A DNA stretch of 64,000 nucleotides, taken from assembly GCA_050250375.1 (NCBI GenBank), contig JBFWOS010000002.1:453149-517148 (forward strand), given 5' to 3'. The notes beneath the pieces were generated by a model that had not been told where the DNA came from, made no database searches, and saw nothing but the letters and a program-made list of their open reading frames with translations. The stretch comes from Candidatus Omnitrophota bacterium. GTDB lineage: Bacteria > Omnitrophota > Gorgyraeia > Zapsychrales > Zapsychraceae. This document shows, in pieces, positions 1 through 8,970 of this stretch; positions within the stretch are counted from its first letter, which is position 1; every line of letters begins with the position of its first letter. A program made the translations under genes and the position numbers.

Positions 1-187
1 GAAGTCGCGCCATATAGTTTTTTCGGGACGGAAGGGCAGCCAATATTACTCCTGTTTAAAATAATAATATTGTTATTATAAATAAAGTTAATGCGGTTGG
101 GTAATGGTATTCTTATTTTTTTGATCAGGAAGTGGTGCAGGGGTTTAGGGGGCCGGATATACATCTTTTTAGTCTGCAGAATTTCAA

Positions 188-754
188 TTATATGATTCTG
201 TACAGCCACCGTCTGGTCGACTTTTTGTAAAGAACGTAATCTTCACCGAACAGGTCTTCCATGATCTGTTCTTCCCGGGAGACATAGACCCGGTCAAAGA
301 TCAGTAACAGAGTGACCGGTACAAGGAAAAACGGCCAGGTCCCGATCAAAATACCGATCCCCGCGCACACAATCACCCCTCCCACATACATCGGATGCCG
401 GATCGTTTTGTAGATGCCTTCCTGGATGATTTTGACCGGCTGCTCGGCGCAGGATACCGGTGTTGCGGAGCTGATAAATAACTTGCGGGCCCAATAAATC
501 AGCGAACATCCGTCCACGATAAAAAAAAGGCCGATATAGTTGAACGGCGGGGTGACATAATACGCGGGTTTGGTCATAAAATGCAGCAGGATCGCGGTGA
601 AGAGCAGAGTATAGGCGATGTATTGCGGCCTGACCCTGGCCGGGTCAATCAGTGCGGGACGGTGTGTGTTTAATCTGTTCTTGGAAAATTTGATCCGGGC
701 CGCCTTTTTTACGGGTGCGGTCAGTAACGGAAGAACCGGTAAGCAGGTGCACAC
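188..754 (-). CDS. Isoprenylcysteine carboxyl methyltransferase / phospholipid methyltransferase (ICMT/PEMT)-family membrane protein. The start is uncertain: an in-frame GTG at 752-754 or the ATG at 575-577.
   Basis: The C-terminal part reads ...IRHPMYVGGVIVCAGIGILIGTWPFF...DRVYVSREEQIMEDLFGEDY, the typical ICMT/PEMT C-terminal motif region. Several hydrophobic helices precede it. The 188..829 track ORF runs through the tRNA at 770..843, so its 5' part cannot be coding. Confidence 0.55.
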   Translation of the reverse strand: MCTCLPVLPLLTAPVKKAARIKFSKNRLNTHRPALIDPARVRPQYIAYTLLFTAILLHFMTKPAYYVTPPFNYIGLFFIVDGCSLIYWARKLFISSATPVSCAEQPVKIIQEGIYKTIRHPMYVGGVIVCAGIGILIGTWPFFLVPVTLLLIFDRVYVSREEQIMEDLFGEDYVLYKKSTRRWLYRII

Positions 755-769
755 CCTTTGTGTGAGTCT

Positions 770-843
770 TGGAGCGGGTGAACGGAATCGAACCGTCGTA
801 TTAAGCTTGGGAAGCTTACATTCTGCCACTGAATTACACCCGC
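770..843 (-). tRNA. tRNA-Gly (anticodon CCC)
   Basis: A cloverleaf folds from the reverse complement: acceptor GCGGGTG/CACCCGC, D arm ATTC-AGTGGCA-GAAT, anticodon stem TAAGC/GCTTA with loop TTCCCAA (U33, CCC), T arm GACGG-TTCGATT-CCGTT, discriminator U73 and an encoded CCA. Confidence 0.8.
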
Positions 844-906
844 ATATTGAGCATTTTAGGATAACGAGTAAAAATTACAACTAATTTTTTTCATTCCTGT
901 GATGTT

Positions 907-1197
907 CTATTTTTTGAGGATGAAAGATATACGCAGGTCTGCGCCGCAGGCTGTGGCAATTTTCTGAAGCAGGGATACGCTGTAACCCTGGTAATTATTG
1001 CTTTCATACCGTGAAATGGCGGATTTCGTCGTGTGGATTTTTTGGGCTAACTCTTCTTGAGTCAGGTGGGCTTTATGCCGTAATTCGGCGATCTTTTCGG
1101 AAATAACGAGATTTTTATATTCTTCTTCAAAATCTTCCCTGAAATTTTTATTTTCAAGAAGCTTGTCCGCGTATGTTTTGTTTTTACTGGTTTTCAT
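907..1197 (-). CDS. HTH XRE-family antitoxin (HigA-like)
   Basis: The 96-aa product carries the helix-turn-helix LTQEELAQKIHTTKSAISRYES. It lies immediately downstream of the toxin gene and overlaps it by 14 nt. Confidence 0.8.
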   Translation of the reverse strand: MKTSKNKTYADKLLENKNFREDFEEEYKNLVISEKIAELRHKAHLTQEELAQKIHTTKSAISRYESNNYQGYSVSLLQKIATACGADLRISFILKK

Positions 1198-1591
1198 AAT
1201 AACCGCTCTCTTTTATCCGGGATTCATAATCTTTTTTAAATCGGATGGCCTTACGCAATTCTCCGGGATTTACTTTTCGGCCTTTCTTCCGGTAAGCGTT
1301 CGTTATGATGATTCGATGATCCGCACAGAAGAAATTAAAAAAGCGTTCATCCTTGGGTTTAAATTCATAGATTTTTTCTTTCGGGTCAACCAGTCTGAAT
1401 TTTGACTCATCAAAGAGTTTGGCGTATTCGGCCATATATTTGACCAGGGCTAATAATTTGATTTTGACTTGATACTCTGAAGAATCAAAATATTCTTTGG
1501 CCGGCAATTCCCCTTTCTCAGTAAAATAAAATTCAACCTGGAATTTTTCTCCCGTGTAAAGAATATAATCTTCCGGTTTTGGTCTGCTCAT
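1184..1591 (-). CDS. RelE/ParE-superfamily toxin of the HigB / phage Gp49-like type (type II TA toxin)
   Basis: The 135-aa product contains ...IYEFKPKDERFFNFFCADHRIIITNAYRKKGRK..., which resembles the Gp49/HigB-like toxins that precede an XRE antitoxin. The toxin-first order matches HigBA. Confidence 0.7.
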   Translation of the reverse strand: MSRPKPEDYILYTGEKFQVEFYFTEKGELPAKEYFDSSEYQVKIKLLALVKYMAEYAKLFDESKFRLVDPKEKIYEFKPKDERFFNFFCADHRIIITNAYRKKGRKVNPGELRKAIRFKKDYESRIKESGYYENQ

Positions 1592-1608
1592 GAACGACGC
1601 ACCTCAAG

Positions 1609-1626
1609 GTTAGCATATATGCTAAC
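1609..1626. promoter_or_regulatory. Perfect 18-bp palindrome GTTAGCATATATGCTAAC, followed by the ACACGTGT palindrome, just upstream of the higB-like start. Candidate TA autoregulatory operator.
   Basis: Read directly from the sequence. It lies 18-35 nt upstream of the toxin ATG at 1591. Confidence 0.5.
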
Positions 1627-1724
1627 ACGTGTCAATGTTAGACTTCCTGTTCAAGAAAATGGGTTTAAATCGGTTTTGTTTAGGAAAAGGGTTTATTAAA
1701 AGGATTTCTTGGGGGATATTCGTT

Positions 1725-1797
1725 ATTATAAGGAGTTTTAGGATAAAGTCTACACTAATTTGTGTGGGGCGGATCAAAACACCACGCGCGTGGTGTT
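1725..1797 (+). repeat. Copy A of a ~70-bp direct repeat (ttataa..gtttt..agtctacac(t/c)aatttgtg(t/c)gggg(c)cggatcaaaacaccacgcgcgtggtgtt). It ends in the perfect 20-bp palindrome AACACCACGCGCGTGGTGTT at 1778-1797.
   Basis: Near-identical to copy B at 2381-2453. Confidence 0.75.
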
Positions 1798-1842
1798 ATC
1801 GTTCGTCTCACAATGAATGCTGCCTTTTCCGGTGGGTGTCAG

Positions 1843-2317
1843 TCAATCCGAATGAAAACCGATTTTGCGTGTGGGTGAAATTGGCGGCGGTGTCATCAAC
1901 TGCCGGATGGCTTCAAAGACCATCCGGATATCACCGTCGTGTTTCGCCACTTTATTTTCCAGTTCAGCCAGTTTCAACCCAAGTTCTTTATTGGTAACAA
2001 CCATTTCTCTTAGCCGGACAAAAGCGCGCATGATTTGGATATTGACGCGGACGGCCCGTTTGCTTCTGAGAACACTGGAGAGCATCGCCACCCCAGCTTG
2101 AAGTCACAATTTGTGACTTCAAGTTTTTAAACTCCGCGTCGCTCAACTGGAACATAAAATCTTCAGGGAACCGGTTTAGATTGCGTTTAACCGACTGGAC
2201 TAAAACCTTGACTTCAACTTGATAAAGTCTGGCGAGATCCGGGCTAAGCATCACCTTATGACTGCGGACTATGAAAATTTTATGTTCGAGTAATTCTTGT
2301 GGGATAACATCGTTCAT
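1843..2317 (-). pseudogene. ORF6N-domain (KilA-N-like, phage-associated) gene disrupted by an internal deletion and frameshift
   Basis: The N-terminal ORF 1988..2317 gives ...[54 protein letters not shown]. The C-terminal ORF 1843..2091 gives (G)[30 protein letters not shown]... in another frame. The two frames overlap on the same nucleotides (agctggggtggcgatg), so roughly 12 codons are missing. Confidence 0.65.
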
Positions 2318-2380
2318 GTTCCTCCTATGATCAGAGGAAATCGCGGGGGATCAATGTTGACCTGAAATGGACAAGTTCCA

Positions 2381-2453
2381 TTATAAATGGTTTTTTGCTA
2401 TAGTCTACACCAATTTGTGCGGGGCCGGATCAAAACACCACGCGCGTGGTGTT
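2381..2453 (+). repeat. Copy B of the ~70-bp direct repeat, with palindrome AACACCACGCGCGTGGTGTT at 2434-2453
   Basis: Direct sequence match to copy A. Confidence 0.75.
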
Positions 2454-2489
2454 TTGGTCAGCAGAGGTGAAATGTTAAAGAATTATGTC

Positions 2490-3506
2490 TTACTTCTGTT
2501 CATTTTCGTGATGGAGCGCCTCTCCGATCTCTTCCACCGTAAACGTGAATTGGTAGCCGCGGTATTCAGGGGTGTTGCGGATGTTCCGGGGCACTAATTT
2601 TGTTTCCAGCTGTTCATATTGTTCCGGAACCAGGTCAAAGGACAGCGCGCCGGACGGTTTATCGTGTGTTGTGACCAGCACCGTGCCGGCGGGTATTGTG
2701 CATTCAAAGTTTCCAGGCGGCGGAAATTGTCGTTGCGCCGTACCGGTACGGACGGTATCGGCCGGGACTACGTACCGGTCCCCTTTTTTGATGACAAAAT
2801 CGTCCATGTCCAGTTTGGATACACGTTCAAGGGCCAGCGCGATCTCGCGGGCCTGCCGGCGGATGTCGTAAGAATAGGCCTTCAGGTCAAGGGAATTGAA
2901 GTACGCGGCCAGGTTGCCGTAATTCTCCCATCCGCTGTTTTCGCTGATCATTTCGGCCATCTGGTTTCCCAGTTCAAGGTACCCTCTTTTTTTGAGAGTC
3001 CCGCTCAATTCATCCGCCGCTGTGAGCGCCCGGGTGATATTCATGCCCTTGTGAAGTTTCGTCAGCGGATTTTCGAGGATGGTCACACCGATTTCCTGCG
3101 CCTTCTCTTTGTCCCTGAGCGGAAAGACCCTGATCCGCCAATCGCCGGCGCTTGAATCCTCCGTATTGAACGCCGGCACGCCGAATTTCTTCAGGGTGAA
3201 TTCGTTGTCTCTGGGCAAAAGAGCGTCGACATTGATGAGGTATTCCCATTCTTTAAGGCCTTTGCGGTGCAGTTCAACCACGAATGTCCCTGGCAGGGTC
3301 GCCGGATACGTGTGCGAGATTATGATCCTGATCCCCAGTTCTTCCCCCACCGTGTAGGTTGTTTGCGGGGATTCGAGCTTCAGTTCAAACGGTCCGTAGG
3401 AATCGGGTTCAGCGTACGTGCCGGTTAACGGGAAGGCAAACTGAAATAAAAACAGATGGAGAACGAAACAAACGGCGGTTTTGGGAAACGGACGGGTTAA
3501 AATCAT
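2490..3506 (-). CDS. Hypothetical secreted protein (N-terminal signal peptide)
   Basis: A 338-aa ORF with an ATG start and a hydrophobic N-terminus, FVLHLFLFQFAFPLTGTYA. I recognise no family. Confidence 0.5.
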   Translation of the reverse strand: MILTRPFPKTAVCFVLHLFLFQFAFPLTGTYAEPDSYGPFELKLESPQTTYTVGEELGIRIIISHTYPATLPGTFVVELHRKGLKEWEYLINVDALLPRDNEFTLKKFGVPAFNTEDSSAGDWRIRVFPLRDKEKAQEIGVTILENPLTKLHKGMNITRALTAADELSGTLKKRGYLELGNQMAEMISENSGWENYGNLAAYFNSLDLKAYSYDIRRQAREIALALERVSKLDMDDFVIKKGDRYVVPADTVRTGTAQRQFPPPGNFECTIPAGTVLVTTHDKPSGALSFDLVPEQYEQLETKLVPRNIRNTPEYRGYQFTFTVEEIGEALHHENEQK

Positions 3507-3568
3507 GCCTCCATTATATCACACATCATTTCATTACGCGTGTGAGGAAATGGGGTGTTTGAGCGATA

Positions 3569-3994
3569 TTATGATTTTGGGGTGTTTGTTTCGGCTGGAC
3601 GCGGGGCCCAGTTATTGAGGACCCATTGGATGTCGTGGATGCCGTACCAGTCCGGCAGGCTGCCGATGGATGGCGCGAATCCACGAGGGGCTAACGCTTC
3701 AAGCGGGATGAGAAAATTTTCCGGGACAGGCTGAATAATCATCCCCGAAGGTTCCGTCCCCTCACTGAGAACAGACAGATAAATCATGCTCACGGTGTGT
3801 GTGGTGACCCATCCCTGGATGTCGGACAGGATGGAATGTTCATCGGCAAAGGAACGGTCAAGGTCAGCGCTCTGGAGCGTGGCTGGAAAAGCATCTTCGG
3901 AACCGGCACCTGTTTCAAGCATCATGAGGGCCTGCGCCCGGGTGTTGATCAACAGCAGCAAGGTTAAAAATGTGAGCAAAAAAACTTTTCTCAT
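3569..3994 (-). CDS. Hypothetical secreted protein; a truncated paralog of the 4098..4745 product that lacks the PEP-CTERM tail
   Basis: Signal peptide plus shared motifs W(V/F)TT(H/R)TVS(M/T)IYL..., PDW(Y/F)G(I/V)HD(I/V)(Q/E)WVL. It ends about 75 aa early relative to its paralog. Confidence 0.5.
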   Translation of the reverse strand: MRKVFLLTFLTLLLLINTRAQALMMLETGAGSEDAFPATLQSADLDRSFADEHSILSDIQGWVTTHTVSMIYLSVLSEGTEPSGMIIQPVPENFLIPLEALAPRGFAPSIGSLPDWYGIHDIQWVLNNWAPRPAETNTPKS

Positions 3995-4097
3995 GAAACA
4001 AGGTTTTCCAGGTTGAACGATGAAGGAAAAATGAAAACGTATTCTATCAAATGAAATGATGTTGTCAAGACGACAAATTTAAAAGAGTTGAGTTAAA

Positions 4098-4745
4098 TCA
4101 GGCATATTTCCGTTTAAGAAATGCGCCGAGAATCCCGGAGGCAAACAACAAAGCACTGGCCGGTTCCGGGACGGTGGCCGTGATCCCCTGTATCCTTACC
4201 CCAAGGTCCAGGGCGTCATTTTCGTCAAAATTACCGATGACCAGGACCGGTAGAATAGAAATTCCCTCGAAAAAGGCCTCGTCATCCAAGGGATTCTGGG
4301 AAGGTCCGGGCATGCCGACATCTTGCGCGAGGTTAAATTGGACCCAATAATCCCCGGCGGCCAGGACCCATTCCACATCGTGGACCCCAAACCAGTCGGG
4401 CTCATTCCCCTGAGGAATATCAAAAGATTGTCCATAAATGGTGTCAAATGCAAAGGTTGATCCTCCCTCTGGGAGATCTTCGACAATCACGTTAGGAAGT
4501 TCTCCTCCATCTCGAAGAATACCGAGATAGATCGTGCTGACGGTGCGGGTGGTGAACCAGCCTTCCACATCGGTTAATGTGTAATCAAAGTCCAGATGGA
4601 ATTTGGCAAACAAAACAGCCGGGGTGCTTTGGAACTGGTTGTCATTTGGTCCGGGACCAGTGTCAACCAGTACCAGGGCCTGGGCGGATGCCGCGGTGAA
4701 TAGTGTTAAGAGAAGCACAAAAACAGAAACGAAGTTTTTTTTCAT
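4098..4745 (-). CDS. PEP-CTERM sorting-domain protein (putative exosortase substrate)
   Basis: Signal peptide MKKNFVSVFVLLLTLFTAASAQA. The C-terminus VPEPASALLFASGILGAFLKRKYA is a classic PEP motif followed by a TM helix and a basic tail. Confidence 0.75.
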   Translation of the reverse strand: MKKNFVSVFVLLLTLFTAASAQALVLVDTGPGPNDNQFQSTPAVLFAKFHLDFDYTLTDVEGWFTTRTVSTIYLGILRDGGELPNVIVEDLPEGGSTFAFDTIYGQSFDIPQGNEPDWFGVHDVEWVLAAGDYWVQFNLAQDVGMPGPSQNPLDDEAFFEGISILPVLVIGNFDENDALDLGVRIQGITATVPEPASALLFASGILGAFLKRKYA

Positions 4746-4867
4746 GTCAGTCCCCTTTTAGACTTTTAAGCTGGATAAAGTGAAATTATCTTAACAAATT
4801 CCGTTTGGGAGTCAATAGGACAACAACGGACAAGGATGGGCAAAAGAATTACGCGGGTACACGTCCT

Positions 4868-5650
4868 TTATATAAGGCCTGAGCACAATCCCGCGCCGAG
4901 GATGATCAGCATGATCCCGACCAGGATCTGAACGGTATTCAGGGTCACTTTTTTCAAAAGTTTTTTCCCCCAGTAGGCCCCGATGAACGCGGAAATCGTG
5001 GCGGCCAGGACCAGTCCGCCGATATCGGTCATCATTTGAAATTTGGCGGCATAAAAACCGGCCCCGTAAACAGCCAGCCGGCCTAAATCCACCATCACCG
5101 CCAGGACGACATTGGTGCCGATAAATTCTTCCTTGCTGATCCCGGCCTTGATCAGAAACATTGACCGCAGCGCCCCCTGGTTTCCCGACAGCCCCCCGAA
5201 GAATCCCGATAACAGCCCGCCGACGGGCAGGTATTTTTCATCAATGGCCGTTTTCTGAAAGTGCGGACTCAGCTCGAGGGCCGAAAAAATAACAATGATC
5301 AGGCCGACGACCAGCTTGACCAGGGTGATCTCGCGTGTCTGCCCGCCGAATGAATAAGTATGGATCACGGGAAACGCGCTGAAAAAATTCAGCAAAGACG
5401 CCCCGGCCAGGGCCGCTATAATCGCGGGAATACCGAACCGGATCACGATCCGTTTATTGGCCGCGCGGCCGACCAGGAAAATCTTAAAGAGATTATTGGC
5501 GAGGTGAACAACGGCGGTGGCGCCCACCGCGACCGGAACCGGAAAAAACAAAACAAACACGGGCGTGAGGATTGTGCCCAGCCCGAACCCGGAGAAAAGC
5601 GTCAGTCCCGAGGCGACCAGCGCCACGGCGCATACGATTAAATATTCCAT
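4868..5650 (-). CDS. TauE/SafE (DUF81) family sulfite/anion exporter-like membrane protein
   Basis: The 260-aa polytopic membrane protein has two Gly-rich repeat halves (...GFGLGTILTPVFVLFF... and ...GGLLSGFFGGLSGNQGALRSMFL...) typical of TauE/SafE. Confidence 0.7.
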   Translation of the reverse strand: MEYLIVCAVALVASGLTLFSGFGLGTILTPVFVLFFPVPVAVGATAVVHLANNLFKIFLVGRAANKRIVIRFGIPAIIAALAGASLLNFFSAFPVIHTYSFGGQTREITLVKLVVGLIIVIFSALELSPHFQKTAIDEKYLPVGGLLSGFFGGLSGNQGALRSMFLIKAGISKEEFIGTNVVLAVMVDLGRLAVYGAGFYAAKFQMMTDIGGLVLAATISAFIGAYWGKKLLKKVTLNTVQILVGIMLIILGAGLCSGLI

Positions 5651-5676
5651 TTAAATTCTTTCGGATGGTTAATCAT

Positions 5677-6291
5677 TTATTTAATACTGCCGATGAATGT
5701 GAACAATCCCAGTATTCCAAACAAGAATAAACCAAGCATCCCGGCGCACATTGTGAGGTTGCACAGAAAACCAAGCAGAAATAGGGCCACCGATGTTTTT
5801 TGGGAATAGGCCCATCCCATGTTTCCGATTTCCGTTAAACGGATTGTTTTATTCTGAAAATCGGATATGGATGGCGGTATCTGACTCCCGGAAGCGTTTG
5901 AGAGAAAATCTTTGATCGCGCTTTCTTTTAAAGAAAGCAGTTCTGCTTCGGTTTCACTGATCCTATTTCCGGTTTTGTTTCTGGCCGTTTTTCCCTCGTC
6001 ACCGGTTGGTAACTGGGCAAGTTCCGCCTTCAGTTTTTCCAAATCGGATTCCAGACGGGCCGCTCCCTCCTGTGATTCAGGATTGAGGAATGACCGGTTC
6101 TTTAGAATGTTAAACGATTCGGCCGTGAGTTTACGGATATCACTTTTGAGCTGAATGCGTTCCTTGCTGATTTTTATGACCGGGCTGGAATTAATTCCGA
6201 TTTGTCCGAAAAGACCGACCAGAAAAAGAGCCAGGCTGATCCCGGTTGTAACCAGCCAGGAAACCAGTTTTTCTTTTAACGTCATTTCCAT
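5677..6291 (-). CDS. Hypothetical membrane protein (N- and C-terminal TM segments, central coiled coil)
   Basis: A 204-aa ORF. I recognise no family. Confidence 0.4.
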   Translation of the reverse strand: MEMTLKEKLVSWLVTTGISLALFLVGLFGQIGINSSPVIKISKERIQLKSDIRKLTAESFNILKNRSFLNPESQEGAARLESDLEKLKAELAQLPTGDEGKTARNKTGNRISETEAELLSLKESAIKDFLSNASGSQIPPSISDFQNKTIRLTEIGNMGWAYSQKTSVALFLLGFLCNLTMCAGMLGLFLFGILGLFTFIGSIK

Positions 6292-6312
6292 TCAGAAGCC
6301 CGGCTTTTTGGT

Positions 6313-8949
6313 TTAGTCCAGATTTTTCAAGACGTTCTGCAGTTCAGCAATTTCGTGTTCGATCGCCTTCAGCCGTTCCTGCTCTTTTTTGACCACATCG
6401 GCCGGGGCCTTGGCCAGAAAACTTTCATTCGAGAGCCGTTTTTCCAGCGAATCATAATTTTTGTTCAGGGTTTCAATCTGTTTTCGGATCCGTTCTTTTT
6501 CAGCGGCGATGTCAATAAAACTTCCCAGAGGCACAATGCATTTGATCCGGCCCACGATGGCCGTCGCGCAGTTGCTGATCCCGATCCCCTGGCTGATCAC
6601 GGAAATCTTGGAGATATTAGCCCGGGCCTTGATCATCGTCTCATTTTTGAAGATCCGGTCGGAATCTTCTTTGTCCGATTCGATATGGACGGTCAGGGCT
6701 TCTTTCGGGGAGATATTCCACGTGGCGCGGATGTTGCGCACGGCCACGACCAGGTCCATCACGGCCTGCATGTCGGCCTCGACCTGCGCATCAATAACCA
6801 GTTCATCCACTTTAGGCCAGTCCTGCCGGCAGAGCGGTCCCTTCTCTTTATTCAGATGTTCCCAGATTTCCTCGGTGACAAACGGGATAAACGGGTGCAT
6901 CATTTTCAGCGACTCTTCCAGGATCCGCACGATAAGATGCTGGACCGCGGGATCGTCCCACTGGTTCTTGATGATCTCCAGGTACCAGTCGCACAGGTTC
7001 GTCCAGAAAAATTCGTAAATGAGATGTTCGGCCTCGGAATAACGGAAACTCTCGATGGCGGCGCTGACATTTTTCAGGGTTGTGTAGAAACGGGAGACGA
7101 TCCATTTGCTGGCCAGGTCACCTTCAAGGGGAACAAGAAAGCCGGAGGCCGTTGATCTGCTCAGAGGGTCCCCGTCCCTGCTCAAATCCGGCCGGACGTT
7201 CATCAGGATTAACCGGGACGCGTTCCAGATCTTGTTGGCGAAGTTTCGTCCGACTTCAAAGTTGTCTTTAGAGATGTACAGGTCCTGTCCGGAATTGTGG
7301 ATCAGGGAAAACCGCAGCGCGTCCGCGCCGTATTCATCAACGATTTCCAGCGGGTCGATGGCGTTGCCCAGCGACTTGCTCATCTTGCGGCCCTGCGCGT
7401 CACGGACGGTCCCGTGGATAAAAACGTCTTTAAACGGCAGGTCGCCCATGAATTCATATCCGGCCATGATCATGCGCGCCACCCAGAAGAAAATGATTTC
7501 CGAAGCGGTGAACAGCGCGTCACCCGGATAAAAGAATTTCAGGTCATCGTTTTCTTTGGGCCAGCCGAAGGTCGCGAACGGCCACAGCCACGAGGAAAAC
7601 CACGTGTCGAGCACATCTTCGTCCTGACGGAGGATCTGTTTTCCGGAAAGCGTCATCGCCTCTTCCAGATTCTGCGCGGCGTAATGATTGCCGTTTTCAT
7701 CGTACCAGACCGGTATGCGGTGCCCCCACCAGATCTGCCGGGAAATACACCAGTCGCGGATGTTTTCCATCCAGTTCATGTAGACCTTTTCCCAGCGGGC
7801 CGGATGGATTTTAATTTTTCCGTTTTGGACGGCCTCGATGGCCGGCCGGGCCAGCGGTTCCATCCGCACAAACCACTGTTTGGACAGATAAGGTTCGATC
7901 ACGGAACGGCAGCGGTAACAATGTCCGACGGAATGCGTGTGGTCTTCCTGCTTGACAAAGGCCCCGTGTTTTTTCAGGGCGTCCAGGACCCCCTTGCGGG
8001 CGTCAAAGCGGTCCTGCCCTTCAAACGCTCCGGCGTGTTCGTTCATGGTGCCGTCTTCGTTCATCACACGGATAAATTTTAGATTATGCCGGCGTCCCAT
8101 CTCAAAGTCGTTGGGGTCGTGCGCGGGCGTGACCTTGACCGCGCCGCTGCCGAATTTCGGGTCAACGAACTCATCCGCGATGACCGGGATTTCGCGGTGC
8201 AACAAAGGCAGAACAAGAGTCTTTCCCAGCAGGCCTTTGTAACGTTCGTCGTCCGGATGGACCGCGACAGCGGTGTCCCCGAGCATGGTCTCCGGACGGG
8301 TGGTCGCGACCACCACAAACTGGTCCGGGTTGTCTTTAAAAGGATATTTAATGTGCGTGAGCGTGCCCTGTTTTTCCTCGTGTTCGCTTTCTTCGTCGGA
8401 CAAGGCGGTGCGGCAGCGCGGGCACCAGTTGATGATGCGTTCGCCCTGGTAGATCAGGTCTTTGCGGTAGAGTTCAATGAATACTTTTTTCACGGCCTCA
8501 CTGTAGCTGTCGTCCATGGTGAAGGCGGTGCGCGGCCAGTCGCAGGAGGCGCCGATCGCTTTTAACTGGTTGATGATCGTTCCGCCGTACTGCTGTTTCC
8601 AGTCCCACAGCCGCGCGAGCAGTTTTTCCCGGCCGACTTCATGGCGGTTGGTCCCTTCTTTGGCCAGTTGTTTCTCGACGACATTCTGGGTGGCGATCCC
8701 GGCGTGGTCGGTGCCCGGCATCCAGCAGGCCTCAAAACCGTTCATGCGTTTGTAACGGATGATGATGTCCTGCAGGGTGTTATTCAGCGCGTGCCCCATG
8801 TGCAGGATCCCGGTGACGTTCGGCGGCGGGATCGTGATCACGTACGGTTTTTTTCCGCTCGGCACCGCGTGAAAGCAATTGTTCTTTTCCCAGTAATCCG
8901 CCCATTTGGCATCGACGGATTTAAAATCAAAACGTTTATCTAGTTCCAT
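6313..8949 (-). CDS. valS: Valine--tRNA ligase
   Basis: The 878-aa product has the class I HIGH motif (PNVTGILHMGHALN), KMSKS (GRKMSKSLGN) and a C-terminal coiled coil, and aligns by eye to ValRS throughout. Confidence 0.95.
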   Translation of the reverse strand: MELDKRFDFKSVDAKWADYWEKNNCFHAVPSGKKPYVITIPPPNVTGILHMGHALNNTLQDIIIRYKRMNGFEACWMPGTDHAGIATQNVVEKQLAKEGTNRHEVGREKLLARLWDWKQQYGGTIINQLKAIGASCDWPRTAFTMDDSYSEAVKKVFIELYRKDLIYQGERIINWCPRCRTALSDEESEHEEKQGTLTHIKYPFKDNPDQFVVVATTRPETMLGDTAVAVHPDDERYKGLLGKTLVLPLLHREIPVIADEFVDPKFGSGAVKVTPAHDPNDFEMGRRHNLKFIRVMNEDGTMNEHAGAFEGQDRFDARKGVLDALKKHGAFVKQEDHTHSVGHCYRCRSVIEPYLSKQWFVRMEPLARPAIEAVQNGKIKIHPARWEKVYMNWMENIRDWCISRQIWWGHRIPVWYDENGNHYAAQNLEEAMTLSGKQILRQDEDVLDTWFSSWLWPFATFGWPKENDDLKFFYPGDALFTASEIIFFWVARMIMAGYEFMGDLPFKDVFIHGTVRDAQGRKMSKSLGNAIDPLEIVDEYGADALRFSLIHNSGQDLYISKDNFEVGRNFANKIWNASRLILMNVRPDLSRDGDPLSRSTASGFLVPLEGDLASKWIVSRFYTTLKNVSAAIESFRYSEAEHLIYEFFWTNLCDWYLEIIKNQWDDPAVQHLIVRILEESLKMMHPFIPFVTEEIWEHLNKEKGPLCRQDWPKVDELVIDAQVEADMQAVMDLVVAVRNIRATWNISPKEALTVHIESDKEDSDRIFKNETMIKARANISKISVISQGIGISNCATAIVGRIKCIVPLGSFIDIAAEKERIRKQIETLNKNYDSLEKRLSNESFLAKAPADVVKKEQERLKAIEHEIAELQNVLKNLD

Positions 8950-8970
8950 AGGTTCATCTTATTTAGTTAA

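Noticed and set aside
580-829. 5' extension of the ICMT-like ORF up to 829
   Set aside because: It runs through the tRNA-Gly(CCC) gene at 770-843. Only the part downstream of 769 can be coding.
770-843. The first tRNA read as tRNA-Trp (anticodon CCA)
   Set aside because: That reading needs two nucleotides between the D stem and the anticodon stem and puts C at position 33. The standard fold gives U33 with anticodon CCC, and U73 fits Gly.
1629-1997. Plus-strand ORFs 1629-1997 and 2367-2597 overlapping the direct repeats, and 1865-2101
   Set aside because: They translate the repeat and palindrome or lie antisense to the ORF6N fragments. They show no protein-like features, and their K-H-H-A-R-G stretch is just the palindrome read in frame.
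2097-2123. The 27-nt perfect palindrome CTTGAAGTCACAATTTGTGACTTCAAG, considered as a possible inserted hairpin that disrupted ORF6N
   Set aside because: It encodes the conserved LKSQIVTSS of ORF6N in frame. The disruption is a deletion downstream of it, not an insertion.
6355-8943. Numerous plus-strand ORFs within valS, and likewise 10857-12317 within cimA, 12389-13666 within lysC and 54507-55373 within the GT2 gene
   Set aside because: They are antisense to genes with unambiguous, full-length family signatures.
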